From the NCBI GenBank assembly GCA_964016885.1, contig OZ024743.1, positions 28,458,001-28,522,000 of the forward strand: DNA of 64,000 nt. Reading direction: 5' to 3'. This document shows, one piece after another, positions 25,392-38,942 of the stretch. The position numbers and the translations under genes are program-made. The notes under the pieces were generated by a model that saw only the letters and a program-made list of their open reading frames with translations, had not been told where the DNA came from and made no database searches. How positions within the stretch are numbered: the stretch's first letter is position 1; every line of letters begins with the position of its first letter. The DNA comes from Eledone cirrhosa (taxonomy: Eukaryota).

Positions 25392-28300
25392 GTGTCTGAA
25401 CGGACGTCTTTTTGCTCGCTCTCGTAAGTTTATTTATTTACCTGTCAAAACTTATTTATTGAATTTTTTGTTGTTGTGTAAGGCATACAAGCCCTTGGAC
25501 TTTGCCCTGTGAAGGGGAAAGAATAATATTTGGGCCTTTTGGCCCAAATATTTGAACTCTTTTACATTTTAAAAAAATTATCGAAACATAAAAAAAACAA
25601 AAACATGGCTGAGCCACGCCCCCCAGCGATATGTCTGCTGTCGTGCGACAACGACGTAAAAGTTGAGAGCAGCGCTACGGCGAAATTAACAGAAATTGAT
25701 ACAACAAACACCACCACAAACAATGTGAACAAAGACAGCAATGATAACAAGACTAAGAACTCTAATTTAAAATAAAAGGACAGTAACAGCGACAACGAAA
25801 ACACAGATAACACACAAAATGACAACAAATGCAACAACAATATCAACACCACTAACATGAAAACAAATAGCAACAATACCAACTGCACCGAGAACAACGG
25901 AGGCACCAAAGACAACAATGATAACAGCGACAGTAATAACAACAACAACACCAACAAGAACAACGACAACAACAACAACACCCCCAACGACAACAAGAAG
26001 AACACTTTCGCTGCGGCGGCAGCAAAAAAAGGCCATGCTTCAACATGGACGTCTCAAATAAAGATGAAAAGTTGGCCCAGGCCTGGAAGCTCATCAAGCA
26101 AGAGCAAACTTGGGCCAACTTAACTGTCCCGGTAGAAGCTATTGAGGCCGTGGAGCGCAGAACGGTGCATTATAGATGCATATCAGCACAAACCAAAAGG
26201 GCAGCTTTAATTCCACAAGCACATGTTGAAGTCGCGCTGAGGTGCATCAGAGATGACACCGAATACATAACCAGGGGCAGATAGTACGGCACCATTTCGG
26301 TGCTGCTTAAGTCAGAAGCCCTCGCTATGATTCCTTGCAAAACCAACAAGGTCATAATGTACCCCTCCCACATGGGAAAAAGAACGGCCCGTCTCCGCAT
26401 TCCCAGAATCCCACCAGGACTTGATAAGTGGTGGCTTCTGGGATGTGTGATTGTGGAGGGGACGGATACCGTCCCGACAGAAGTGACAAGAACTGCCAGA
26501 GAGGACTGGTCCGGGGTTAACCTGGAGATACTTCTCCAGATCAGGCCCGAGAATGTGAAGACAATCCCGGACCACATCCGCCTTCAGAATGGGACGGTCA
26601 TTTATATTATGACCGAGAGCAAAAGGCCGCATTGTTTTGTTTGTGGGGAAAATCCCATTTGCGAGCCTTCTGCCCTTAACTGCTGAAAGATGCAAGGGGT
26701 CGAAGGGCTCCACTACTGCCGACGCCGGGGCGAGGACCACAACCAACACCAGCAACGGCAAAACCACCAGCAACAACACCAATAGAAAGACCACCACCAA
26801 CATTGACCACCCAGGGGGAGACGAGGAAAGTTGTCAAATTCCCCCTTCCGCCAAAAAATACACACACTAATAAAAACATAAACACACACACAGACACACT
26901 TACAGACACAGACCCCTCATCTACCAGTAGTGAAGATGAGGGAAAACCCAAATCCCCCAAAATACAAAAAAGGAAACTCAACAAAGCACAAAATCACCCA
27001 CTCTAAAAATGCAGACACCACCCACGTCAACATCTCCCCAATAACACCAACATCAACACCACCATCACCATCACCAGAATCCCCCAAACGCAAACAACCT
27101 AAACAGACGCAAGAACAAATACACACACAAACATCTGAAACCACAGACACCGCACTCACAACAAACACAGGCACATAGGAAACACACCATCAAAACCATC
27201 ACCACCACAGCCACGCAAACAAATAAAATCACACCAACAAAGCATACAAAACTTCGTGCTCGTCAGGAGGGCCAACAAAGAACTGATGGCTCTCGTAGCA
27301 CGAAGTGAAGATATACAAAAAGAGGGGGAAATTTTTAAATCGAGCACATTTCGCGTGCCGGAGGATTTGATTCTGGTGCGAATTTCGCTCGATTTATACA
27401 AAGAGATACGAAACAGCTTTCTTCGGGACGTGGGAACTCCGAACGTAAAACCCACTTCAAGACTTTTAAAGGGGTTCCCAAAAGAAACCCACCAACTATG
27501 GAGGTCGAACCACCCGACCTTCACAAGAGCCCGGAAGGTAAGTAAACCTTTCCTCTCTCTCTTTTAACCTGCCAACATGGCCGTATTAAAAGTAGGACGT
27601 TTAAATGTTTGAGGCCTGAGATCGTCCTGGAAGCAGGGTCACCTACTCAACGACCTCAGGTCTCTAGAAATGGTTGTAATTGCCGTCAGCGAGACCAGGA
27701 TTTCCGACACGCGCACACTAGCCCCCATTTTCGACGACTATCAGATCTTTGCATCTGTTAGTCGGCCGGGAATGGGAGGTGGGGTTGCAGTGCTGTTTAG
27801 GAAAGGCCTGGATCTCCAGGTAAGGTCGATCTTTGGACCCGGACGGGAAGTTGTTGGTCCTGGACGTGAACAATAACGAAGGTGGTGCCTTTAGACTGGT
27901 AGCCGTCTACGCCCCTGCTGGGGCAGGATGGCCAGACTTCTTTAGACGCCTGAAAGCCTTTCTGGGTACGTCTCGCCCTTTACTGTTAGCGGGGGACTGG
28001 AACGGCATCTTAGACGCACGCTGGGACTGTGTGGGACTATCCGATAGGAGCGGGGGGTGCAAAAGACTCAAGTACTGATCAGCCAGCTTCAACTGTCTGA
28101 CAGGTACCGACTATATTTCTCTAATGCGCCAGTTTGGACCTGGACTAACCGCATAGGGTCATCTAGATAGTATATAGACAGGATATTCATTAGGAAAATA
28201 GACAGAAATAGTGTAAGCTGTCCACGTTTTAAAACGGTCGCCTATTCAGATCACAAGTTTGTGATCTGTATGGTTAGGACCTGGTTACTGGAAGCTGAGC

Positions 28301-30824
28301 ATGTCAATTCCGGCACGTAAGGCTTACAAGGACCAGGTCTACAATTTAGTTAAGAAAAGGTAGACAGCGGGAGTCGTCAACAATAGATAGTGGGGGGGGG
28401 GGCTCTCAAAAAAGAGATTAGGGTAATGTCGATAGAGTTTAGCAAAGAAATAGCGTTAGAGAAAAATAGAAAGGAAGTGGAGTTGGTAGATAAGTTAGAC
28501 GAGGCTATTTGTAGTGGCATTGCAACTAACGTGCTAGCGGCGAGAATGGCATTAGACCATTTCTTCAATGCGAAACACAAAGGTTGCATTGTCAGAGCTA
28601 AGGCGCGTGCTCTAAGAAACGAGGGAAAAGCTGTTTGATGGGCCCGCGTGGCAGAGGCGCAACGTGGTAATAAAACCACGATTCAGTCTTTGACGGACCG
28701 AGATGGATACGAGCTGAGCGATTCCAAGCGGATGTGTGAGACCTTTCACCAACATTTTACTAGGTTGTTCGGGGGAAGTGGCGGGTCAGAGACGGTGGCG
28801 GACTTCAGTCTCTACCTCGATGGCTTGCCGTAACTCTCGACGGCCGACGCTGGGAGCTGCGAAAGGCCGATTACTTCAGCCGCGATTCAGGATGCGCTTG
28901 TCGGCTTCATGAGGCGCAAGTCACCCGGTTTGGGTGGTCTGCCCTACGAGCTTTACGTAAATATGCCATACTTGTTCTCCAATCTCCTCGAAGCGCTCTA
29001 CTGTAACTCGCAGCAGAACAGGAGCATTCCCAGTTCTGTGAGCCGGGGCGCAGTGACGCTGATAAGGTCACTCGAAAGCATTCGATAGATCAATCGAAAG
29101 CATTCGATAGGGTCGTCCATCAGTACCTGGAGGCTGTCTTCAAGGCGGCTGGCTTCGGCCCCGTCTTCAGAAGCTGGATCGCTTCAATGCACACCGGCAC
29201 CTGCTCGGTGGTCAAAATTAATGGTCAACTCTCTGAACCGTTTCAGGTCTCCCAATCGGTCCGTCAAGTGTGCCCTCTCTCCTCCCTTCTGTACGTATTG
29301 ACTCTCGAGCGATTACTGCGGAAGCTGGAGCTGTTGCAGGGCATCCCGCTCGAGCCGAGACGCGGAACGACTGTGTCGGCTTATGCGGACACAGTGATGG
29401 TGTCGGACACCTCAAAAATCGAGGTGGTTGGCAACTTATTGGAGGAATATGAAAGGTTGACGGGAGCAAAACTTAACCCGGAAAAGTCGGTGGGCTTGCA
29501 ACTCGGCACCTGGGGAGGCTAGTCCATGCCGTCCAACAACGTCGTTAGGCGCTGGAAGTTTGGTTCGGGCCAGACCTCCAGGTGGATAAGAATTGGGACG
29601 AGGTGAAGGGAAGGGTGGCCAGTCTCACCCAGAAATGGGCTACGAAAAAGCTATGACTGAAAGGTCGGGAGGAGGTGGCGAACGCGTACATCGCGCCCGT
29701 CATCTACTACCGTCTGACCATCGTCCCTTGCCCCCGTTCGCGCCTCGCCATCTTGGAGCGGCGCCTCTTCAAATTCTTGTGGAGGGATCAGATTCCGTTG
29801 GTGAGGTGGTCCATCTGCTGCAAGCACCCTCTACGTAGAGGGCTGGGCATGCCCCGGCTAATGATGCGCAGACACGCGCTGAGGCTGCGTCCAGATATTC
29901 TGCCTAAACGGTGAACAGGTGTGGTCGCCGTTTGTCAGACGACTCTTTCCGCAGCTCGTCTCTTTGACTGAGCTGCAGCCCTGGGTCAAGAAGAGACCGA
30001 TACTGGGTGACGAAGTCGAATTAACCAGTCTGTTCCGGAGGACATTCGAGCCGGGGACGATGGATAATTTCCAAAAATCCCTCGCTTGGCAGTGCTACGG
30101 GGGACCACTGCCGGTTCGAGATAAACTCTACAGGCACGGAATTGCTGTCAGACGGACCTACCCGAGATGCGAGCAGAGCGATGAAACCGTTCTGCACGCA
30201 CTCGTCCAGTGTCCGTGCATTACTGACTTGTGGAGTTATGTCGAACAGTTGTTGTCGCGTGTAGAACAGATCCGGCTATCGGCCGAGTCCATAGTGAAGA
30301 TCGACCCACCGGCTTCTTTTGGCCAGGAAGGGCAGGCAATTTTCATGTCTGGTGGCAGTAGTGAAAGAGGTTGTATGGTGGATGAGGTTGAAAGGACTGA
30401 AGACAGACACTTTTCTCTTCGCCCAATCCCTCATCAACTTTTTCAAGTTTCACTTGGAACGGAAGGTAAGGGTGGAGAGAGAAGTGCTGCCCCCAGTACA
30501 TTTGCTGAAAGGTGGGTGAATGTGGCGAGAATGGCCCGTGTGAATGGGCCTACTCTGGTCATGCGGCTGTAGGTAGGTAAATTTGAGGAGGAGAGGGGTG
30601 CCCTTCCAGGGTGCTCTCGAAGCGTCGGGTCGTTCAGGATTGGTGGGGTACCTGAGCGAACCCTGGGTGGTCATCACCCCTATTGGGGAATTTTTTATTG
30701 TAATTTTCTTGTTACTTTGTTATTGTTATTCATATTGTTTACTCGATTTTTCTGTAAAACCCCACTGTCACAGTCTTTTGTATTGTCCCCTATATGTTGG
30801 CCCTTGTGGCCAATAAATGAAATA
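25353..30824 (+). mobile_element. Near full-length degenerate Tx1/L1-type LINE (ORF1 ~25600-27560; ORF2 APE-RT-zinc knuckle ~27576-30570)
   Basis: APE: LNV.GL, VSETR, GDWN, SDH; RT: SPG.GGLPYELY, SVRQ.CPLS.LLYVL, YAD; C-terminal PRC....ETVLHAL..CP; AATAAA; TSD ATTATTATTCCAACT at 25338-25352 and 30825-30839. Confidence 0.9.
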
Positions 30825-31048
30825 ATTATTATTCCAACTTCAAGATATGATTTCACTTGATTAAATGTTGCTTGACATGAAGCGTATGTGACGGGCGTCC
30901 GTCTTAAAATTGTTTGATTTAATCGATTCTATTTAAAATGAAACCAGCCGAATGACTTCTTCGTCAACATCATTATCACTTTTTATTTAATCTTCTTTTC
31001 CTATTGTTATCATTGTTAATTTTAATATCATTTTTCTTATTAATATAT

Positions 31049-31093
<45 letters not shown>

Positions 31094-31499
31094 TCGAATG
31101 TCACTTACACCCGTCTACTTTGTTCGAATTTTTCATGTTAATAATGAGACGTTTTCTTGGAATCCATGTTATAGATTTAACAATTAAAGCTTTATTTCTT
31201 TTCTATTTGTTAATTGTTAAAATCTCTGCGACTAGCTGTTCGTATAATTTTTTACTTTTATATTTTGTTCTCGTTTCAGCTTCAACAGATTTCCTTCCAT
31301 GTAACCTTGATGACTTCCTTACTATTTAGCGTGATTTCTATTTTTACCCAGCTTCATCATATACCCAACGCTTATCATAGCATCTCCTACTAAGCATTTA
31401 AACGGTATTTTTTTGTGTAATTTTCATCGATATATAACATGCCATTCTCACATTTGTTGCCGGCTTATAAATCTATCTTATTATTAACACGTCGCCCGT

Positions 31500-31675
31500 G
31501 GATTGGCAGTATCTGTAGAGGGTCGGACGCCATGCTTTGCAGCAAAGAGCTACGACCCTTTATGGTATGAGTTCAAATCCCGCCGAGGTTAACTTTGCCT
31601 TTCATTCTTACGGGGTCGATAAAATTAAGTACCAGTAATGCGCTGGGATAATTACTGGCCTTGTGCCAAAAGTCG
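31500..31675 (+). mobile_element. tRNA-derived SINE (family A)
   Basis: tggcagtatctgtaga, gagttcaaatcc, core aactttgcctttcattc..cggggtcgataaaattaagtaccagt. Confidence 0.85.
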
Positions 31676-33095
31676 ACACAATTATTAACACGTCGTCATC
31701 CAGTTTATGTTTATATTTATTAAGAATATATCTTTTGTTTTAGCGTGATAAAGAAGGGTGGTACCGATAGTTCCTGTGGGTTCTCTCATAGTGGTTATTG
31801 TTAATCTTGTGAAAAATGCTAAATCTGAGGGAGGACACGTAATATGGATAATAATAATAATAAGGAGGTAGTTGGTACATTGAATGTATTTGAAAGATGA
31901 CTTGAAATGAAATTTACAGCTCACATTGTAGACTAACTTTTTTGTTTTGAATTAAGCATTGTATGTTTAGCAGGTGAAACATCTTTGGAAATGGCCAGAA
32001 TATTGTCATAATTATTCCTTGGAAAATCTAAACTCAGGTATTGGTATTACATTTCAATTACGGAATTTGCGACAATTTACTCCAATAATCATCTAGAGAA
32101 TATTTCATTTCTATTATCACAAAAAATTGCTTTCATATTTCTAATCAGATGAATTAATATGGTTCAGTTATAGCCCAGATCTTTACACCATTTTCCCGTA
32201 CAGACATCAATTCTTCACTCTTCTACAAAACTTTCCATACTGTTTTAGCTTGTTCTCTAGTATATTGATTTAATTTCAGATCATCAATAAACATTCAGGC
32301 GTTTTACACCATAAAGAGTTGATTCATGTAACATCAAGTAAAATTACAGAATTATACACCCGCAAAATTATTTTTATTGACTTAAAATTTTTATAGAAAT
32401 AAAAGCAAATTACCTTTAATTCTCTATTAATGAGAACGTGCATTTTCTATAGCATACACCTCATGTCAAATAGCATTTAATTGAATGAAACCATACCTTG
32501 AATAGTTGGAATAATAATAGAAAGATAAATCAGAAACAAACATGCAATGATTGGAAAGCATGACATTATTCTAGTATGTACTTGCATGAGAACGGTTTTC
32601 AGTAATGATTTTGAAATATTAAAATCCTGTTGTATCTCCAGAAAACTATTCATACTTGCAGAATGTTGTCTTTTCAGATATGTTTTCAATACCTTCTTTA
32701 TTTTCATTTTATTTCCTTGATACCGATCAATATATTTCCTTCATATGCAGTGGCCTACTGGCCAGATTGCCAGGTTGTCCAATGGCAAGTGGGCCCCAGG
32801 GGGTCCACGGTAGCATTGCAGGAGCCCACAATAGGATTGCAGAGCACACTGTAGTATTTTAGGGGCCAGTGCTTAGCTTTCGAAAAATAGCTCAAGTCTA
32901 AAGGAAGAATACATTTTTTTTTTAATAAATAAAGCAAACAAAACATTTGGAAACCAATCCCCCAGGGAATTACGAGAAACCAAAATATTTGATAATGCAA
33001 ATAGCTGGAATCAGTGGTTGTGCATTCGACTAAATCAAAAACTTAGTGCATTCTTTCATACATGTAATCATATATATATAGACACGCACACACAA

Positions 33096-33169
<74 letters not shown>

Positions 33170-33171
<2 letters not shown>

Positions 33172-33552
33172 CAAGGCAGAATTCTAGAAGGAAAACTCTG
33201 ATATAATACCTGCAACCCTGATGGTATCCAATGATGTTGACTTGTTCTTCTTTTTAGTAAATATCATCTTGGTTAAGAGAGTGGGACTGGCTTTGTGCAG
33301 TGCCTTTGCTCACTATAAAAGTTTCACGGCACAGGCATTGCTTTATATCTGGAGATCTCTCTGCACTTGTCGTCACATGGTACCATGGGCCCAGCAATAT
33401 GTGTCAATAATTGTCACAAGTCTAGTGTTTGTACCAGAGTTTTCAAGTCGCTGACTGGACTAAAAAGTAACACTCGTTCAGCGCATCGGTAGGGGTTCTC
33501 CTACATGGATATAAAGTAGTGGCCGTACTCGAAAACGAGTTGGCAGCCACCA
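33170..33552 (+). mobile_element. 5'-truncated copy of the non-autonomous RTE derivative
   Basis: Matches the 3' two-thirds of 48694-49297. Confidence 0.85.
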
Positions 33553-33571
33553 TGTATGTATGTATGTATTT

Positions 33572-33726
33572 AACGAAGAAGGTGTGGTAAGGAAGCAGAT
33601 GGACCACAACGCACCAGAGTACTCAATACTTAGGGTAGTTGAGTGGGTAATAGGAAAATGTTTAACCCCGAGTCCAGAAATAGCCGTCGAAACGGCTTGA
33701 GCACTGCCGTCGGGGTTAAACATTTT

Positions 33727-33731
<5 letters not shown>
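33572..33731. repeat. Fold-back island: 22-bp inverted arms plus unpaired ~78-nt tail
   Basis: ataggaaaatgtttaaccccga (33650-33671) / tcggggttaaacattttcctat (33710-33731). Confidence 0.8.
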
Positions 33732-33770
<39 letters not shown>

Positions 33771-33774
33771 TAAT

Positions 33775-34877
33775 AAATGTGAAGGCATGCAAAAACATAT
33801 ATAGATGAATAAAGTATGCCCAAATCACAGGAGATTCAAATATCACAGAGAGAAAGAGAGAGAGGGGGGGGGATGACGTGCAACGGAAATGACACATGGA
33901 TTACAGGTTAAAATGTAGTGTAGATAAATGATAAACAAAACGAGGATGAAGTTTATAGAACACCCAAATGATTTAGAAGTCGACCATAAGAAGAAGCAAT
34001 AACATTTTGTTTTGAACATTTTGAAAGTAGGATTATAAGTATGAATTTTCATAAGATTTTCGTGGCCTAGTAGTAGGTACTTGTGACGGTGGAGTTCCTG
34101 GTCTTGGGTTCAATCCTGGTCAAGAGGTGCGTGCAATCTTTTTCAGTTTTATTTTACAACCAATAGAAACAAAACTGAAAATGTTTAGTGAAATCCCTAC
34201 TCCCGACCAGGATCTACTTTCAGACCAGGATCACCACCGTCATTGATTGTATAATGACATTTAATAATGATTTCTTTATTTATGTTTATTAATAATAATG
34301 ATTTCTTTAATACTAATAAACTTACTTTCAAAATCAAAGTTAAAAAGATGTGGTGTCATTCATAGCTTTCCTAGAGCCATTAGTCATATTTAGGGTCGAC
34401 CTGTCAATCTTCTTGCTCTTTGGTAACAACCTTATTATTCTTATGTGTGTTTAACAGTTGAATTAATTTAATTTGATTAATTTAACAAACAAATATATAT
34501 AGATATATATCTCTTCTCCCTCTCACTTTCACTCTCCGTCTCTCTGCTAGCCACCTCACTGTTTCTCTCACCTGTTGCTCTAGCTGTTTCTTTGTCACTT
34601 ATCCTTGCGGAGGTCAGGCGTGTTTTTTTTTCTCGTCCACACAATCTCAAACTTAAGTTCCATAGTTGACGTTGACTGTAATTTTTTCTCTCTCTCCCCT
34701 TTCCCCCCAATAACTTCCTTTAGTTATTGACGCACTGGGTGAGATATCTTGTCTTTAATGCGTAGAAATATCCATGATCCCCAGCAGACAACTGATGAAG
34801 GAAATTTTTCTTCCGTTCATGCTTTCCTCTTATTTATAAGTACACGTTATCCAGCAACTACACAGCCCTTGTTTCTT

Positions 34878-34950
<73 letters not shown>

Positions 34951-35188
34951 TATGTATGTATGTATGTCATTATTGAAAGTCTCTGGATTTCGCAAAATAC
35001 ATAATATTTTTTAGTGGAGAAAGTAAGATATTTTCCCGCAAAAATCTGATTGCACTGTTTTGTTTCCATTTATGTATTTTTTGAAAATTTTATTCATTTA
35101 TTATAAAAATTAAATGATAGCATTCTATATGTAGGTAGGCCCCCTACATCTCCTAGCAACCAATATTTTTAGACCAAGTCCGCCATTG
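33775..35188 (-). mobile_element. Inverted, interrupted copy of the CAGTGGCGGA repeat
   Basis: 33775-34400 matches 2290-2980 reversed; 34975-35188 matches 2053-2270 reversed. Confidence 0.7.
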
Positions 35189-35194
35189 CTCATA

Positions 35195-35478
35195 TGAATT
35201 CTCCACAAAATCAGAATACATTTCACCAAATAACGGTGAAAAATTTCTGCTCCTTATTCGTTGAGTTGATTAATGGACTGCTATTTTTTAGTAAACGTGA
35301 ACCCTTTCATGTCGTTGCGTGTGCTAAATTCATATATTGATACCATGATCGTTTAGTCCCCTTCAACCTTGTATTGGAGAGATTAGATGATTTTGGAATT
35401 CCCTCACTGATGATCCGTTTCAAAATATCTAATTTCGCCGTTATTTGGCGAAACGTATTCTGATTTTTTGGAGAATCA
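35195..35478. mobile_element. MITE with ~42-bp imperfect terminal inverted repeats
   Basis: ttctccacaaaatcagaatacatttcaccaaataacggtgaaa / tttcgccgttatttggcgaaacgtattctgattttttggagaa. Confidence 0.7.
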
Positions 35479-36633
35479 GGGAAATTATCAGGTATTTTAT
35501 TTTAATTTTAATTTTTTATTAAATTTAATAGGATACTCAATGTATTATGTAGTCTTACATTCAGTACAGTTTGTCTCTAGTTTTAAGTTTTCATGTATTT
35601 TCATGCACACTTATGTGTGTATGGATATATTTCATTCACTTTTTTATATATCTGTTAGACACGCAGTGACTAACAACAGAATGTTTTAAGTCTGCGTGTC
35701 TGACATATATGAGTAGCTTGTGAATAAAAAAATTCAAGGAGTGTCCGTGGCCGTGGTGATCCCTGCCAAACATGTTTTGTAATGTATGGTCTTATTGGCT
35801 AATTTCATCGTCTTATTGGCTAATCAACCAACGAAAGTATTTGCTGCTCAAAAGCATTCGCCATTTTGTTTGCACGTTTATTTATCGTTTCGCTTTCGAA
35901 TGCTCCTCCTGTATTTCGTCGTTTATTATCAAAATATTTTTCTCGCTTTGGTAAGTTATATTGTTAATATATATATGATTTTTAAAAAGTAATATTAACT
36001 TTTTATTTTCAGTTCGTTATAACATGCTTATAATATTGATTGTATCATATTTACTTGTATATTTGTCAATATTATTGTTCGTTTTATGTTAGATAATTTT
36101 ATTATTAAATGTCCTTAATTTTCGAGATAAAATCTCTTCTTCAGAGGGAAGTAAAGCGGTTACACCAGTGTTCTAAATAGCTTGCCAAGTCATGCTGACT
36201 TATTCTTTATTCTATGTCCATACCTGCATTGTTTTGGCTTTATTATACATATACAAACGTTTATACCTCATTACACAATGCTTCAAGTGAACTATAATTT
36301 CCTACACACACATATATATATAATAATATATATAAATAATACACACGTGCATGCCCCATGTGTAACTAATGCATACAATAACTACTACAACTGACTAACA
36401 AACTATCCTCTTGCATTATCTACGTTAACTGCCGATTGTATTTTAATTTTGCATTGATGTTGTATTTTAATTTTAATTGTGCTTTGATTCTGTTTTAATG
36501 TGATTTTGTTTTTGAATTTAAATTGCCATTCAGAAATAATATAATATATGTCACCCCACTGTACATCAATATATACATATGTATGTCTCTTGCGTTGGAA
36601 AGGAGGTCATGTATGTGTACAAACGTTGAAAAA

Positions 36634-36680
36634 TGCTCCGAAGACTCCAAACCTCGGTTTGGATGAAACAATTGTAAGCG
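36634..36680 (+). ncRNA. Type-I hammerhead (CCGAAGA variant)
   Basis: tgct-CCGAAGA-c-tccaaacc(tc)ggtttgga-t-GAAA-caattg-TA-agcg. Confidence 0.7.
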
Positions 36681-36883
36681 AATAAATGCTTTGAACATAG
36701 CTTTGATTCCTGTGAATTCTATATAACTGCTCTGTAGTACCACTGATGTTTTTACATTGAGCTATTTATCTTACTGGTAATATGGTAGTAAGAAATTACT
36801 GAATTTCACTGTTTAGGGTTTAAAATATATATAACTATAAAAAGTTTTAGTATATACATAACCATAAATAGTGTCTTTAATAC

Positions 36884-36923
<40 letters not shown>

Positions 36924-37099
36924 TATATATATATATTTATATATATATTTATATATATATGTTTATATATATATTTATATATATATTTATATATATATAT
37001 ATAATTATATATATATATATTTATATATAAATATTGATATATATATATATTTATATATTTATATATATATATTTATATATATTTATATATATATATATT

Positions 37100-37130
<31 letters not shown>

Positions 37131-37159
37131 TTATATATATATACATATATATATATATT

Positions 37160-37271
<112 letters not shown>

Positions 37272-37636
37272 CTGCTCATGCATTTATATACATTTATATA
37301 CATATTTATACGACTGATCGCGTGCGTTTGTGTGTGAATTGTTTCGTTTCTCCACTTCCATTTCGGAATAACTACATTAGTTTTTAGTTTTTTCTAATTC
37401 ATTTGAATGAATTTCTATTTTATTGCAATTTTTTTAAGATGTATTCATTTTTAAATCTATATCCAATATCTTGCCTTACAATATGACATCCATACCTGAA
37501 GCCTTTATATTCATTTATCACATATTTGTGTATTTATCCCAGGGTGTGTAATTGTTTGGTTCTGTATGCGTGCATGTAGAGAAAGTTGGTGTAGTTTGTC
37601 ACGTGAATAATAATCCTATATGTTTCGAACAAATAC

Positions 37637-37675
<39 letters not shown>

Positions 37676-37683
37676 GGGAGGGG

Positions 37684-37716
<33 letters not shown>

Positions 37717-37858
37717 GTGAGGTTTTTTTTACAAAATGAAAAATAACCGAGGTGTCCTACACGAGTGGAAGTATAAAGAAAAAGGGATGAAATCGAAAAT
37801 GCAACTGAAGTCTTATTTTTTTTTTTTTTTTTTTTTAAATATATATATTTATTTGGTT

Positions 37859-37896
37859 CCTTTACCGGTTTCGCAGTTCTTCTGCTTTTCAAAAGG
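37859..37896 (-). ncRNA. Minimal hammerhead with U3-A8 core; identical copies at 41513-41550(+), 41775-41812(-), 45425-45462(+), 49485-49522(-)
   Basis: cctt-TTGAAAA-gcag(aagaa)ctgc-GAAA-ccgg-TA-aagg: all stems pair, palindromic stem III. Confidence 0.8.
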
Positions 37897-38414
37897 TGAG
37901 TTGAGATGGAGGGTCTGTGGTTTTTCTCACATCTGGTTGGTCTCTAAATGTTACTTGTTTTATATGGAAAAACTGGCTCGAAAACCAGGTTTTTCGAGAA
38001 GTAATTTGATTGGTTTGTCAATAATTGTAATAAATTTCGCGCCAGTTCGCGTTACAATAGTTCTTCAAATAAGAGAGGGGGGGGGGGGGGGTTGTCACAG
38101 GTTGTTTTTTCATATATGAGTGTTTGAATTTCTTTTTACTTGAAAAAATGAGGCTCACTAAGGCTTTTTTTTGGTTGGTTATAAATGAAATTTGGCTGTC
38201 ACGTGAACAAGTTTTCATTACATTTTTGCGCCCTTATTTGGAAAACTATTCTGTAGTCTTTATAGTGAATGTTATGACAATGGAGAGATAGGGGTCAAGG
38301 GAAAAGGGATTGGGAGAAATGTTCTGGTTCAGTGAATATGGCCAGCTGTCAGAGTTCAGGTGTCAGAGTTCAGATTTTCTATTGAGACTGAAGATATGTG
38401 TTTATTTGTGTGCT

Positions 38415-38447
<33 letters not shown>

Positions 38448-38942
38448 ATGTGTGTATTGGAAGATGATTCTATTAGTAGAGATGGGGGAGGGAGTTGTGT
38501 GAGGTGTGTATATGGGTGTTATGTGTGTGTGTGCGAGTATGTTAGATAGAGAGAATATATATATATATATATATTTTTTTTTGTATATATATATGTGTGT
38601 AGGAAAGTGGTTCTATTAGTAGAAATGGGGAGGGTGTTGTGGGTGTGAGGGGGTTGTTATGTGTGTGTATGGGTGTTATGTGTGTGGGAGTATGGTTAGC
38701 ATGTTAAGATGAAGAGAATATATATATATATATTTTGTGTGTGTGTATGTGTGTGTGTAGGAAAATGATTCCTTTAGTAGGAATATTTTTGAATGAACAT
38801 ATTTTCCTGACTTTTTCGTGTTTGCTGTTGTATTGCCAGTGCAAACGTATGTTTAAGGTTTATTTAGTTCGGGTTTTTATTTTCTAAAGTAGGTGTTATG
38901 TGTGTGTGTGTATGTCATATTGTGGTGTTGACATAATGTATA

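Noticed and set aside
34791-34820. CTGATGA followed by a hairpin
   Set aside because: No GAAA / stem III / UH in register.
35650-35710. Hairpin tgttagacacgcag / ctgcgtgtctgaca
   Set aside because: No ribozyme core or second copy to interpret it.
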